Below are positions 1-12,868 of a stretch of 64,000 nucleotides of DNA, in pieces. The DNA is from the human T2T-CHM13v2.0 reference genome, Homo sapiens. Positions within the stretch are counted from its first letter, which is position 1, and each line of letters begins with the position of its first letter. The stretch is from the NCBI RefSeq assembly GCF_009914755.1, contig NC_060931.1. The stretch is one strand, 5' to 3'. Both the position numbers and the translations under genes were made by a program. Under the pieces are notes generated by a model. It searched no databases and was not told the DNA's origin. It saw only the letters and a program-made list of their open reading frames with translations.

Positions 1-1378
1 AGACCTGAGTTTCCGGATTTACAGCTTCTACTTCTTCAACCCAGAGGGCAGGGTCTATCTGAGGTCCTCCTGAGGCTTGCACCCCTGCACTGCGCCTGTC
101 CTTAACAAATGTGGCATCCCAACTGCTCCAAGACCTTTAAAGTTTACCCCCACTCCCTCCAGAAAGCCTCCCAGGAATGTCCCAGTGTCCACCAAGCCCC
201 TCTTCCCGATCTCTGACTGTTGATTTGCACAAGCCTCCTTGATAAGCAGCCTGGGGCTTCCTGAGGGCAGGTCTCAGCCTTTCTTATCACCTCTGACTCT
301 TAGGGCTGAAGAAGGGATTCCTGCATAAGCAGGCAGACCCAATGGGAGAGACCCCTCTGGCTGGAGACCACTCAGCTTATGTGTTTCCATTGTAACACAA
401 TCAGTGCTTAAGCATGTCTCTAGAATGGGGTTCTGGGAAGTGGGGACCCCTAACCTCCCCATGTGGCTAGGTTAGATGGGATGCCCCTTCTTCCCCTGTC
501 CTGGCAGATGCCTCAGTACAGATGACCCCAGCCATTCCCAGTAGGACATTGCGGAGCTTGAGGTCAAGGAGGCTGAGGCTCAGCCAAGCTGCACTTAGTG
601 GTTCCACAGAAGGAAAATGGACCATGGCCAGGAGGGAGGTGGCAAGACCCTCCTTTGCAGCCAAAAGGACCGTAGGGACAGGCAAGATGAGGTGCAGGAG
701 GAGGGCAGATAGAAGGAGGGATGGGAGTGGGGAGACAGTGGGTTTGGAGATGGAGTCGGGGGATGAAGAAGGCAGTAGGGAGAGATGGAGAAAGAGAGAG
801 AGAGGTAGAAAATGAGAGAATCTGAGAAAGACAGAAACATACACCCAGAAACAGAACCACACATAGAGAAAATCAGAAACAGACAGGGAGACAATGAGAG
901 AGACACAGAGACAGAGATGTACACACAGAGATGGGCTCAGAGGAGTCCGTGTGGAATGGGGAGAGGTGGGAGGAAAATGGAATATAAGTGCCCCACTTCT
1001 GGCCAAACCACTTCCATGCTAATCCACTTCCTTTCGGCCTACAGACAGGGAGACAGGCCCACAAAAGGGATGAGACTTGCCCCAATTAAATTGTATATGG
1101 ACATTTAGGATTGTTTCTAGCCACCCAGGATTTGAACCTGGGTTCGGAGAATCCTGGGGTAAGACCGAGGCTACCTCCCCGCCTAGAGCTAAAATGCCAG
1201 ATCCTTACTTCCCAGGATCCCTTGTAGCCAGAGCTTTGGCATGGGATTTGGGGCTCCACATATTCCCCCACCCATCAGATGCACCTACCCGAGGGAATTA
1301 GTGAACTGGAGGCCCCCAGATGGAGACAGGGAGAAAGCCTCTCCAGAGATAACTGCAGGAAGCTTAAGACTCCAGGTT

Positions 1379-1623
1379 GGCCAGGTGCAGTGGCTCACGC
1401 CTATACTCCCAGCACTTTGGGAGCCAGAGACAGGAGGATCGCTTGAGTCTGGGAGTTCAAGACCAGCTCTGGCAAAATGGCAAGATCCCAACTCTACAAA
1501 AAATTTAAAAATTAGCCAGGTGTGGTGGCATGTGCCTGCAGTCTCAGCTACTCGGGAGGCTGAGGCAGGAGGATTGCTTGGGCACAGGAGTTTGAGATTG
1601 CAGTGATCTTTGATCATGCCACT
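1379..1623 (+). mobile_element. Alu (AluJ-like), 3'-truncated
   Basis: GGCCAGGTGCAGTGGCTCAC head, A-rich linker and right arm ending at ATCATGCCACT without a tail. Confidence 0.9.
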
Positions 1624-4407
1624 AGTGGTGGCCAGGGCTGGTGGTGTTGGCAGGGCCTTTCAGGGAGAGGGAGGTCCCCTCACAGGGCCAGCTCTGCCCT
1701 GTGTTCTTGGCTTGGGGCCCCAAATCTGGTTCTCTAGCCCACTCAGTGATTCCATAAGCTCCCCAATATCTTTTTAAAAAATTTCTTCTCTGCTTAACCT
1801 AGCAGAGTTGCTTTTTGAAAGGCAGCAGAACCTGGGTTTGAATCCTTGTTCTGTTACAAGTGACTTCATTGCTCCACACCTCAGTTTCCCCATGTGTAAA
1901 ATGAGGATAATGCCATGTCTCTGTCACTCGATGGTGCAAGGATTAAATGAGTTAAACCACAGTACAAACATGTGGAAGCTCAGCCACTGAAGCGCCAGCA
2001 CAGGTTGTGTAGAGAACACCCAAGGAGACTCGTGTGCTTAACTTGGCTCTGCCACTGACTAACATGTGTGGCCATGCACTAGTCCCTTCCCTTCCCTTGG
2101 CCCTGCTGCATCTGGAAATAACTCTGGGTAAGATGGCTCAAGGCTCTGACCCAGCCTCCCAAACTCACACACTGTAGCTATTTGCTAACCCCACATCCTG
2201 AGGACTTCTAAACGCCTTATCTCCACTCTTGGTGCTCTCTTGAGCTTTTCCCCACCCAACCAGCTGCTTCCTGAACATCTCCACTCAGCTGTCCCTCCAG
2301 CTCCTCAAAGTCAACACATCCCCAACTGTGCTCAGCTGTTTCCTGTGTGCCCAACCTTTACCTTGCCATCTCTCACCATATCTTGTCAATTTCAAATGCC
2401 CAAGGTTGCTGGCGTCTTCAACCTCATTTGCTCCTACAGCCTGCGGTCTACCTGGGTCTGTGCAGAAATCCCCTTACTTCTCCTTTCCCTCCAGAGGACA
2501 GTGTGCTCCCAAAATTGAGCTTCTCTGCTCACAAGCTCACCCAGGCTCCCTCTCCAGATGGTAAAGCCCTGTAGAATGCCCTGCATCACCTGACCTCCAT
2601 GCCCCTCCCCAGCCTCATTGTTTCTTTCTCCTACTCCCTGTTCTCCATACAACACACTCCTCCCAAGGCACAAAGCCCAGCCTGTCTCCTTGCCTTTGCT
2701 CAGTCCCCTCAGCCTAGAGGGCCTCTCCTGTGCCTATTACACTCACCTGCTAAAATCCAACCTGTCCCCAGAAGTCCAGCTCAGAGGGCTAAGTCCTCCC
2801 TGATCCTCCAGGCCGGAGGTATGAGTCTTCTTTCCAAACCTCTAAGCTCTCCTCGCAAACCGAATGCCTCTTGTGGAGGGAGTACTGCCCCATGGTTAAT
2901 AGCGAGGGCTGTGGATTCACCTGCCTGCACTGGTGCATAGGAGCTGATTAGGACTTTCAATAAGTTACTTCATGTGTCTGAGACTCAGTGTTCTTGCCTG
3001 CAATATGGGCATAAAAGCAGTACGTATCTCAGAGGGAGTGTGGGCGAGTGGGATTATGGATGCCTGAGATATGGATACAAAGCTCTCTCAGTGGTAGCTG
3101 GCACCTGGAAAATGATCAACACTTAGCTTTGTGGCAGATTCTCTGTGCTCAGCTGAGTTGAAAAATCGCAGAGACTAATATCTAAACTGCTATCCCCACC
3201 CGGGCGATTCCTGCTCTCTAAGGAATGAGGCTTCAATGCGGGTTTGGCTATAGCATAACAAAATTGGGGCAGGAAGTGGAGCCTGAACGCTCCTGTTCTT
3301 CCCCTAGGCTTCTCGTGGAGGTTTCTCCCTCTGTCATTCTTTTTAAAGGAAGGATCCCAAGGAAAAGGCAAACAGAGAAGCAGGAAGCAGCACTGATGTG
3401 AAGAAAGGGGAGGAGGGAAATCAATCATGCATTTCCACAGCCATTAGCAGCCTCTGCTCTTCCCACCTAGGCTGACCTCACACCCCAGGTGCTGGTTAGT
3501 GGTAAGTGCTCCCCACCCTCCACAAGCTCCTCTCATTCTCCAGCAGTTGCAGTGCAGGCAGCACTTTGGTCTAAATGAAGAAAATTGTTCATTAGATACC
3601 AGGGGCTAATTGGCCCTACTTTTACCAGCCTGGGTGGTGCCCCAACCTTTTATCAGCTTCTCATTAGACTTAATTGATATGAATGGCCTGATATGTGCTG
3701 TCTGCAGCACCTTTGGGAAGTCTTCCTTGTCACCCCGCCCCCACACCCCAATCCCATAGACCTTGTGCTTCCCCCCTAATTAGGGCATTCATCATTCTGT
3801 TCTTTTTGTCTGTTGCAATTGTGAGTGAGAGCCTCAATACAGTGCCTGTGCAGTGGCTGGCACATAGTGGGTATTCCACAAATTGACTGAGTATTACTGT
3901 ACTCAGCTTGGCTATGAAGAAGAGACCCAGGCCCTGGGAAGCGGGGGCCCCCAGGCTGGTCGGGGAGAACAAGGCATAGCCCAGGCTGGGGTAAGAACGA
4001 AAGCAGAGCTCCCTGAGGTTCACAGGCTGTGGGCTGAGATGCTCCATCACCCCACTTTACCCTGGATGGCCCTTAATCTCCGGGCCCAGTCTGAATCAGG
4101 CATGCTGATCTCCATTGCCCCACCCCACACAGCTCACGGAATCCTAAAAATACAGTTTTATAAGGTCAGGACTAGGAAGGCACAGGGAAATCATTCCTTC
4201 TGCTTGCACACCTCCTAGCTTGGGGATCTTACTTCCTTCTAGGGAGATCTGTTTTAATCATGGATGGGAAGCATGTGCTCCCTGGGCCCACCAGAGCCCT
4301 CAGCTGGTGCAGCCAGGAGAGTGCGGCTTGGCATCAGGTGCAGGTACATCTCTCTTGCCTTCTAACCATCTCTCATGGCAAAGCCCTCAGCCTCAGCTTC
4401 TGAAAGC

Positions 4408-4408
<1 letters not shown>

Positions 4409-4446
<38 letters not shown>
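4409..4446. repeat. (TG)n microsatellite
   Basis: Direct reading. Confidence 0.95.
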
Positions 4447-5498
4447 GTGGAGGTGGAGCTGGGCTACCAATCAGACACAGACACTCTGAGGATGTTTCCA
4501 GGATGAGAGGCTTCAGACAAACAATCCAGATAGGGTCTCAGCGTGCTTGACAACTGGGGTCCGGCTGGAGATATCAGGGGGGTTCTAGGTGGGGCAGTGA
4601 TTGCTGCCCCCACAGCCTCCCGCAGACCACACACCTGGCTCCCATCCCATGTTCCACAGGGCACAGACAGGCACCTACCCACACGCACACACCCAGAACC
4701 CACACTGAACGACCCCACCTGGAGGCTGTGTAACTCCAGCAACCTCTACTGCCCTTTTCCCCAGAGCCTCAAGCCAGTCCATGATTTGCCAGGAGGAAGG
4801 CAGGCACAGGTTGTTCTCCTTGAGAGATGGTGTTGGGGTGCTGATTCAGACACCACTCATTATGGGGGCGCAGGAATAATGCTGCCCACAGCCCCTGACT
4901 CAGCCCAGCAGGTCAGTCCTGGGACCTCGGATTAGGGAAGATGCAACACCCCGCACCCTCTGGCTTAGCAGAACCTACGCCTGCATGTCCTCCCCACGAA
5001 ACATGCGCTCGCCCCAGCCCTCCTGCCTCCTACCCTCCTCCTCCCCTCTGGTAGTAGGGTCTGGTCACTGCACTCACTCTGGGGGATTTGGGACTTAGCA
5101 TATCCGCCCTCCTGGGATAGGTCCCCCTCCTGGGCAGGGGAAGCATTGTCTAAACAATGAAGCCCTAATGGGGAACTTCAGGCAACGGGAACCTACAATG
5201 AGGGAAGGAGGTTTACACTCCAAGAGGAGGAAGTATTTCCTTCTCCCCTTTTTGGGCTGTCACCGCATGGAGCACGGGAATTGTGGGCAAATCACTGGCT
5301 TACTGAGATTAGACGCTGTATTGGGGGTAGAAGCAGAAGGCGCGCCCCCAACACTGTAAGGGGTCCTTAACGCCCGCGGTCCGCGGTACCGCGGCCGTCA
5401 GCAGCTTTGTACCGCTGGGTCCGGAATCCTCTTTACTCCCTAAACCGCCTTCTCAGGAGGCCGGTGTAGAGCAGGCAGCGAGGGCCGGGGGCACTCAC

Positions 5499-5624
5499 GG
5501 GTCGTGTTGTACTTGACGCCGTTGAAGTACTCGGGGCACGGCCTCTCCACGAGGGCTCCGGCAGCGCTGCGGGGCCAGCACGTTCCGATCTGGTCCAAGG
5601 TCGTGTTGCAGTAGGAGTAGGGAC
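5499..5624 (-). CDS. CRHR2: CRHR2 first common coding exon (126 nt; extracellular hormone-binding domain, (G)[41 protein letters not shown](R))
   Basis: Translation shows the class B GPCR ECD signature C..D.IGTCWP....G..V..PCP. Acceptor ...cgcCAG at 5627-5625 and donor GTGAGT at 5498-5493. Phase 1 at both ends. Confidence 0.97.
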
Positions 5625-5761
5625 CTGGCGGCGGGAGAGAGCGCAGTAGGGCTCAGAGGGGCCCGCAGGGACGCGGGGCTCTCGGAGCGCGGGGTCAGGG
5701 GCGCACCCAGCGCGCGAGAGAAGGAGCCCGCGCAGCCTCCGACCGCTCGCCTCCCGCCTAC

Positions 5762-5864
5762 CCTCGGGGTCCAGGGGTGGCCCCCAGCCGTCCAAGAGCA
5801 GCTCTTCAGCCAGCGCCAGGCTGCAGTTGGCCTCCAGCAGGCTGTGGAGCAGTGCCGCGTCCAT
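5762..5864 (-). CDS. CRHR2: CRHR2 alpha-specific first coding exon (MDAALLHSLLEANCSLALAEELLLDGWGPPLDPE-G)
   Basis: ATG at 5864-5862, 103 nt, donor GTAGGC at 5761. A 137-nt intron joins it in frame to the common exon. The peptide is the recognised CRF2(a) N-terminus with N13-C-S sequon. Confidence 0.97.
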
Positions 5865-8800
5865 CGCGTCCCGCAGCCGCGTGCGGAGAGGGAGTGGGAG
5901 TGCGCGCCCGGCGTGACTGCGAGGGAGTGGACGCGAGAGTGAGCGGCCGAGAGGGCGCGGGGTCCTGGCCCCCGCCAGCCCAGCCCCGATCTCCCGGGCA
6001 GCCTTTGGGCGCCACCTCCGGTCGCCCAGAGCTGTCAAGTGGGGACCTTCCCGGAGAGGAGCCGCCGAGTGCACGGAGCTGCGGGTACAGCCGCTCCGCC
6101 GCGGCCAATGGCTGCGCCGGGGGGCGGGGCCGGGCGGCTCCTCTCGGAGGGGCTCAGTCTCCAGCCCCCGGGCCCTCCACCCTGCCCAAAGTACGGCTTC
6201 TCAGTTCGCAGCTCTCTTCCACTCGCGGCGTCCAGAGGAGGGCGGTGGGCTGGAGAGCGTGGGCCTGGGGTGACGGAATGCTCTGTGCGGGGATCGCAGG
6301 CCCCCGAGCTGCAGGGGGCAGCAAAGCGCGCCCACCTGCCCGCCTGCCCGAGGAGAACACCGCAGCTCTGCTAATCGAGGGACAGCCGCAACCCAAAGTT
6401 CGGCAGCTTTCCGCCTGAGCTTCCCCTCCCTGAGCGAGGACACTGGAGGGAGGCAGAGACGGAGAGCCCATGGGCAGATCTGCATCCTCCAAAAGCCTCC
6501 ATAGCCTCTGGGAAGGAAATGTATCGAGGAGGCCTGGAGGGAAGCAGGGAGACACCCATGAGTCTAATGAGATCAAGTGGCCTGAGTGGGTTGAAGTCCT
6601 TGGATCAGACCGTGGAAGCTGGAATGGAGAGAGATTTCGGAGGGGCAGCCAGACCTGGTGAGGAGGAACTGGAGTGGGTGGCTGGTTTTAAGTAGGAGCC
6701 CAGAGGCAGGGATAACATCAGGTCTCCTGCTTGAGTGACTGGGTGGCCATTTAATCAGATGGAGTAAGTCTAGGGGAGAAATTGGCTGAAATTATCTGGA
6801 AGGCTTTATACACCCAGTTGTTAGTGCCTTGGGCACCAGAAAGAATAAAGGAAGAAGTGAGAATGTGTCTCTCTTCCTCAAGGCTTGGGCAGGGCTTCAC
6901 CTGACCCTGGTTTCCACACCAGTAGCGGGGCAGGGGCGGGGAGAATCAGGCCCCACAGCAGGTGTGGAGGAGCTGGAAACCTCCCCAGAGAACTTGCCCA
7001 GGCCCCCCACCCCACCCTGGCCCAGAATGCCTCCTTGGTGATCTGCTGTGGCTGCACCCTCAGAGTGCCCAGGGCGGGCCTGCTGTGTCTGCCAGCTGAG
7101 TGGGGCATTGGGCTCGGGAAGCAGGGCCTGGGGTAAGGCATGCTTCCACTCAGGCTGCATTTTGGTCCAGCCTCTGACTCTGCTCTCCCTGCCATGGTAC
7201 CCCAGGCAGGATGCTTGCCCTCTCTTCTGGAGCTTTCTCCATCAGTGAAATCTTCCCCGAGGCCCCTCTCAGCTCTGAGACTCTCTGGTTCTGAGTTATG
7301 AGACGGAGAGTCTGGGGAAGACATACATGTGTGTTGTGTGTTGTTTGTTTCTATCTTTAGAGGGCAAGGAGAGCTGGAACCTAGTCTCAGAAACCAGTCC
7401 TGTTCCCCTGCCATCCTCCACATAAACCTAAGCTGCTAGGAAAGGCTGAAACCACCATGAACTAGCACCATGCCCTGGGCAGAGAGAGGCAAAGCAGCAG
7501 GCAGGCTGCTTTTGTGTGCTCCGCTCTCACCAGCCTCCATATTAATGGTGCTGTCACTGCCCAGGCAGAGCGAGTGAGACCACACTAAGACCAGGGCTGA
7601 GCCCTGGAATCTCTCCAGGGCCTGCTGACTGGCAGGAACAAGATGCTGAGCAGCCAGCCAGGTCTACCCTCTGCCTCCTGAATGGACAGTGAGAGCCCAG
7701 GCTCAGCTCTGGGCAGCTGCAGAGGTAGAGGTTCCTTGGTCTTCATATTATCCAGTGCCAGGAGCAGGGGAGGACCTAGGCAGAGTCCTACCCTCCGCTC
7801 CTAGACTGAGCCCTGTTACCCAGGGTCCCACACAGGCCAGAGGGTGGCTGGCCAGGTCAGCCCATGTATTCACAGGGCAATAGTGTCCCTCATATACAAG
7901 GGATAGCCCTTCACACAGCACGGTGCAGCACAGAGGAAGGGAGAAATCCTAAGCCAAGCTTAAGTTATTATCCTTGTTCATTACTGCAGCCACCACCTAG
8001 GTGGTGCCTAAAGCACCTATAGATGCAGCTATGTCAAGAGGTGGTGTGCTCCCAATGACCAGAGGCCAGGGACTTCTCATCTCATGCAGATTTCTGCAGA
8101 ACAGAGGGTTGGCCTGGGTGAACTGGATTGCTCTTAACTGGGAGAGCTCACATACCAAAGATTCTTCTGGGAAGTGACCATTTCAGTGGCAGAGTCAAAG
8201 GCTGTTCTGCATCCTGAATGAGCAGTTGGGGTCTGAGCACATACCCACAGACCCACAGACCCGAGGTCCCCTGGATGTGGGGCCATTTCTTCATGGATCT
8301 TATTATTATAGGCACAGTTGTCATTCGAGATGTGACAGAGGGAAAACTAGAAAAGGTAGCAGTTTGGGAACAAATTGATTTTACAGCTCACTTTAGTGTC
8401 TGCAAACAGGCAAATGAGGAAGAAATTGGGAAGAGCCCCAAAATTCCCTCAATTTTACTAAATCCAAGTACAAACAAACAAAGACAGGGGCATTTTTGCT
8501 AACTAAAGAAGCAGAGGTAGATTAGAGGCTTTGGGATAGTGATGGGTTCCCAGCGCTGCAGGCCAGCCCCATCCCAGCTGGAGGCCAGGAATTAGGGGAT
8601 AAGTATTTGGAACAGTTTGTGTGTCCCCAAGCTGTTGGGGACAGGTTGGCAAATAGGTTCAGGGAAGTGTGACAGGTACTTTGGAAGACCCCTGTGTACC
8701 ATGAGCAGCAGAGTAAGGCAGGTGCCTCTGGTGCCCTGCATCCCATCCCATGGCCCACCTCTGATGTCAGCTGCAGCAGCAGTGGACAGTTCCAGGCCAG

Positions 8801-9496
8801 CTCAGACACACTTGCAAAGCCTAATACATGGCATCAAACAGGCATGTAGGCACAACAGAATCACACACAGAGCCACAGTTATGCATCTTCACCATGCACA
8901 CACATTCTCTCTCTAATTCATCCCCTACCACTCAAATGTCAGCTGGAAAACAGGATTTAAAGGGACAGGATGCATCTTTGCTTCTCTAAGGGACTGTCCT
9001 TGGTTAGACTACATAGAGAGGGAGTCTATTCAGGCACAGCTGGAATAGTCGTGGTGTTTCCTGGGAATTACGACGGGGTTGCTGAGGGCACAGAGGTTCC
9101 AGAGGGGCCTGAAGGTGCTGCACTTTTGCCCTGTAGCACTGGAGACAGGGGTCCCAGGCCAGGCACCCCCTCCTCACCCTATCCTACTCCACTGCAGGAC
9201 AGAGGAATTGGCCTGGTGTCTTCATGTCAAACCATGGGACTAAGCTGTGGGGACAGAAAGGACTCTCAGTGACATCCAATCCCACATTCTTGTTTTACAG
9301 ATGGACAATAGGATTCCCAGACAAGCAAAAGAGGTTTCCCTCCCTTACTTCTCCCAGGCCATCCTCATCTCTGCAGCAGCCCAAATGGGCTCCCTGTCTC
9401 CTCATGGCAGATAAAACGATGTTTTATAATTACGATCCTGTCACTCTTCCTCATAGGAGTGCCGCCAACCCATTGCCCTTGAGATGGAGACCACCT

Positions 9497-9707
9497 CTTT
9501 GGTATTGCAAAGAAGGTCCTTCGTAATCATCTATCCCTCATCCTCACCCTTCTGCTCCATTTGAAAGGCCCTCCAGAACAACATGTCATTCCTGGGAACC
9601 ATCTTTGGTATTGCAAAGAAGGTTCTTCATGATCATCGTCCCCCATCCTCACCCTCCTGCTTCATTTGAAAGGCCCTCCAGAACAATGTGTCACTACCAG
9701 AAACCAT
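9497..9707. repeat. Diverged tandem duplication, period about 106 bp
   Basis: CTTTGGTATTGCAAAGAAGG recurs at 9497 and 9603; CATTTGAAAGGCCCTCCAGAACAA occurs in both copies. Confidence 0.9.
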
Positions 9708-9972
9708 TCGCTATCTCTGTTCCTTGTTTGTATTTCTGCACTGGAAATGGCCTTACAGCTCCACACTCATCCTTCAGACATGCAGCTCCTTGGTGACCCC
9801 ATCTGCTGGGTGCTGGCCTATGTCACATCCAGGTTGCTTTTTATTCATTGTCTCATCTACCAGCCCATGCCTCCCCAAGGGCAGGGCTGGTCCTGGTTCA
9901 CTAACCCATCCCCAGCACCCATTGGAATGCTCTAGACTTCAGCCCAGTGAGTCACTAAGAAAGGACAGATAC

Positions 9973-10033
9973 CTTGGCAGAAGAGCTGAGGAAAGCCCAG
10001 GTCCCTGTCTTCAGGCCAAGGCTCTCTTCCCAT
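9973..10033 (-). CDS. CRHR2: CRHR2 gamma-specific coding segment (MGREPWPEDRDLGFPQLFCQ-G)
   Basis: ATG at 10033-10031, 61 nt (20 codons + 1), donor GTATCT at 9972. Phase 1, compatible with the common exon. Recognised CRF2(c)/gamma N-terminus; too short for the ORF track. Confidence 0.93.
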
Positions 10034-10110
10034 TTGACCAACCCTGGCATATGTGTGTGTGTTGCATTGAGGAATTATTTCAAGGTATCTTTGAATCCAT
10101 TCGGATTCTT

Positions 10111-10229
10111 GGCCAGGTGCAGTGGCTCACACCCATAATCTCAGCACTTGGGGAAGCCAAGGTAGGCAGATTGCTTGAGCACAGGAATTCAAGACCAGCC
10201 TACAAAAAATAATAAAAAATAAATAAATA
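10111..10229 (+). mobile_element. Alu left monomer / FLAM-like with internal deletion and A-rich tail
   Basis: GGCCAGGTGCAGTGGCTCAC...AAGACCAGCC runs directly into TACAAAAAATAATAAAAAAT. Confidence 0.88.
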
Positions 10230-11576
10230 GTCCATTTGGATTTTTATATCATCTATGGATAGGATAAATAATATGCCTCATAATATATGCCCTAATATTT
10301 TTCAAATATATGTAGCTGCCTCTGTGATGAATAAAATAGAAATAATCTATTTAAACCCTGCCTGAAGTCATAATTGCTCTGTGATTTTGCATGCGTTGCC
10401 TTTTTCAGGGGCATACAATTGAATTGATCATAGATTCGTGACCCTTTGTCATTATTAGTCTGTGCATTAGCCCATGCATGGCTTAACTTTATTTTTTAGT
10501 CTTTATTTTATTTAGTCTTTTTATTGTATGTAGTAGACAATATAATAAGCCTACCACCCAATTGGAAACTACATCATTACCAGTCACTTATCTATTTATT
10601 TCTATTCTCCTTCCCCAGAGGGAACATTCCCTTGACTATTGCATTTGTCATTCTCTGGCTCATATTTTTTTTCAGTTTTCTCACAGGTATGTACATCTAA
10701 AAGATATAGTGTTTGGTTTTACTTGGTTTTGAACTCTGCGTTAGACATGATGCATTTCCCCAAGCAGTGGACACTGAAAAGAAGGTCATTATCAATTTGG
10801 GGACTTGAGAAATGATTCCTGAAGCTCGAGGGGCTCCCTAGCAGCCTCTACATCCACCATCCGGTCATGGTTCATGTGGGGTGATGCATCCCCAGAGTGG
10901 CTGCTAGGCAGCGTCACAAGCGATGCAGTGGTTGAATATTTAATGACATGGGGAAATGTTCACTCTGAGTTATAAGAGGAAAAAGCAGGCGACGAAACTA
11001 TGGACACACTATTATCCCATTAAAAAAAAAAGAAAAGAAAAAGAAAATAAAAAAACAATTGAACATGAGGCTCTATGAATGCATAAATTCTTGAGGGATA
11101 TGAGGCATTATAAAAATTCCTGGGTTGTGGGAGAATGAGTACTTATCATCTTCTCCTTTGAGTTAAATTTTTTTGTGCCCAATTTTATAGAAATCATGTG
11201 GATCCCTTTTGCAAATGGATGAATGCTGTTAGAAGCTGAACAGGCAAGGCTGTATGTTTGGAGAAGCTGGGACCCTATCCGCTGCACTCAGAGCAGGGAC
11301 CATCCGCCAAGGGAGACAGGGAAGGGTCTGTGCCACCTGCTGGAGGGAGGGCAGAGGAAGGCAGGGAGAAGGCTATGGGTCTGCTGACAAACCCACGCTG
11401 CCTCTGAGGGTGAGGGAAGGTTGGGCTTTCCTGAAGGGAGGGGCCTCCATTTCCTGTCTGATGCTGGCATGGCCTGTGCTAGGTGTCCCCGTGGGCTCTC
11501 ATTCAGCCTTCACTGTGAGCCTCCGAGGTGGACTTAGATCCATTGCTAAACAGATGAGGAAACTAGCTTCAGATGG

Positions 11577-11956
11577 TGTCACAGGCTGAACTGTGTTGCT
11601 CCAAAATTTGTATGTTGAAGTCCTAACTCCCAGTACCTCAGAATGTGGCCTTGTTTGGATTTAGGGTCTTCGATGAGGTGATTAAAGTAAAGTAAGGTAA
11701 GCGGGCTTTAATCCAATAGGACTGGTGTTCTTAGAAGAAGAAGAGATTGGGACACAGACATGCAGAGGAGAGACCATATGAAGACATAGGGAGAAAGATG
11801 GCCATCTGCAAGCCAAGTAGGGAGGCCTCAGGAGGAACCAACCCTGCCCACAGCTTGATCTTGGCCTACCAGCCTCCAGAATGGTGATGAAATCAGCTTC
11901 TGCTCAAGCCCCCAGTCTGTGGTGCTTTGTTCCAGTGGCCCCAGGACACTAATACA
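11577..11956 (+). mobile_element. MaLR solo LTR (MLT1B-like)
   Basis: TG...CA termini, typical MLT1 motifs (GTTGAAGTCCTAAC, CAGCCTCCAGAA), 5-bp TSD GATGG on both sides. Confidence 0.85.
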
Positions 11957-12774
11957 GATGGGTTAGGTGAATTTCCAGGGGCTGGGCGAGGCCGCTGGGT
12001 GGAAGAGCTAGGATCCAGACTTGGATCTACCTGATCCCAACACCGGAGCTATTGACTGCCCCAGTGGAAGGAGAACAGGCAGCAAGACTTTCTCTTTGAC
12101 GCCTGGCTTGGGCAGTGCCTGTAGGCTGGGTCTGGGTGCTGGCCAGCACCCTTGTCTCCTTGTGCCCTGGCAGTGGCCCCAGGCCCGAGCAAGGGTCACC
12201 CCCACTCCCATCCTGTGGATGCAGACCTGGGAAGGCCAGGATACAGGGTGGGACACTGGAGACATCTCTCTGGAACCCAGCAGAATCCAGGGCTCTGTGC
12301 AGCTCTGCAGTGGCTGGCCCTGACCCTGTGAATCAGCCACTGGAAACCTCTGAGGGGCCAGAACTCAGGGCCGGGCTGCTGCTTTGCAAGTCCTTACCAG
12401 GAAGTCACACCTGTAGCCACGGCAACCAGAGAATGTTTACCACCTTCTGCCAGTTTCCCTGGAGTTGGAAAGCTGAGGGGTCATCCCCTTCTTGGACTCC
12501 TGAATGCCAGCCCAGCTGACTTCCATCGTGGGAGCTGGGAATGGGGAGTGGCCTCCCAGCCAAGCCCTTCATTATCAGTGGCAAGCCTGAGCCTAGAATG
12601 GGGAAGGGCCTGCGTAAGGGCCCTCAGCAAGGCAGAAATCAAACCAGGACTGGAAACCAGCACCCCACCCACCACCCTGCTGAGCCTGGGCTGGCCCCAG
12701 GAAAGCCTCTTCCTCCCGCAGGGCCCACCCACATCTCCAGGGGCTGCTGCAGGGTGGTGGCAGAGGGTACCTAC

Positions 12775-12868
12775 CTGAGAGGTTGGTGAGGGTCATGATG
12801 GTGTGGCAGTACTGCTCCAGAAGTGCCCACAGGGGCTGGTCTTTGGGCATCTGGCTCTGCCCGGCTGC
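12775..12868 (-). CDS. CRHR2: CRHR2 beta exon 1b (AAGQSQMPKDQPLWALLEQYCHTIMTLTNLS-G)
   Basis: Acceptor cccTAG at 12871-12869, 94 nt, donor GTAGGT at 12774. Phase 0 in, phase 1 out. Overlaps track ORF 12593..12850. Confidence 0.95.

Larger units (their letters stand above)
5330..6420. promoter_or_regulatory. CRHR2: CpG island / CRHR2-alpha promoter
   Basis: Dense CpG and very high GC over the alpha exons. CCAAT at 6105-6109, GC box GGGGCGGGGC at 6121-6130, CTCF-like GAGCTGCAGGGGGCAGC at 6306-6322. Confidence 0.88.

Noticed and set aside
467-1006. Hydrophobic 179-aa ORF resembling membrane segments of the receptor
   Set aside because: Translation of CT-rich low-complexity intron sequence; it does not match the CRHR2 transmembrane exons, which lie outside the window.
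5433-6418. 213-aa ORFs on both strands over the CpG island, including a GTG-started in-frame extension of alpha and read-through of the 137-nt intron
   Set aside because: Stop-poor GC-rich DNA. Only the spliced parts are CRHR2; intron retention shifts the frame.
7991-8006. Perfect 16-bp palindrome CACCACCTAGGTGGTG
   Set aside because: About one such palindrome is expected by chance in 64 kb (64000/4^8).
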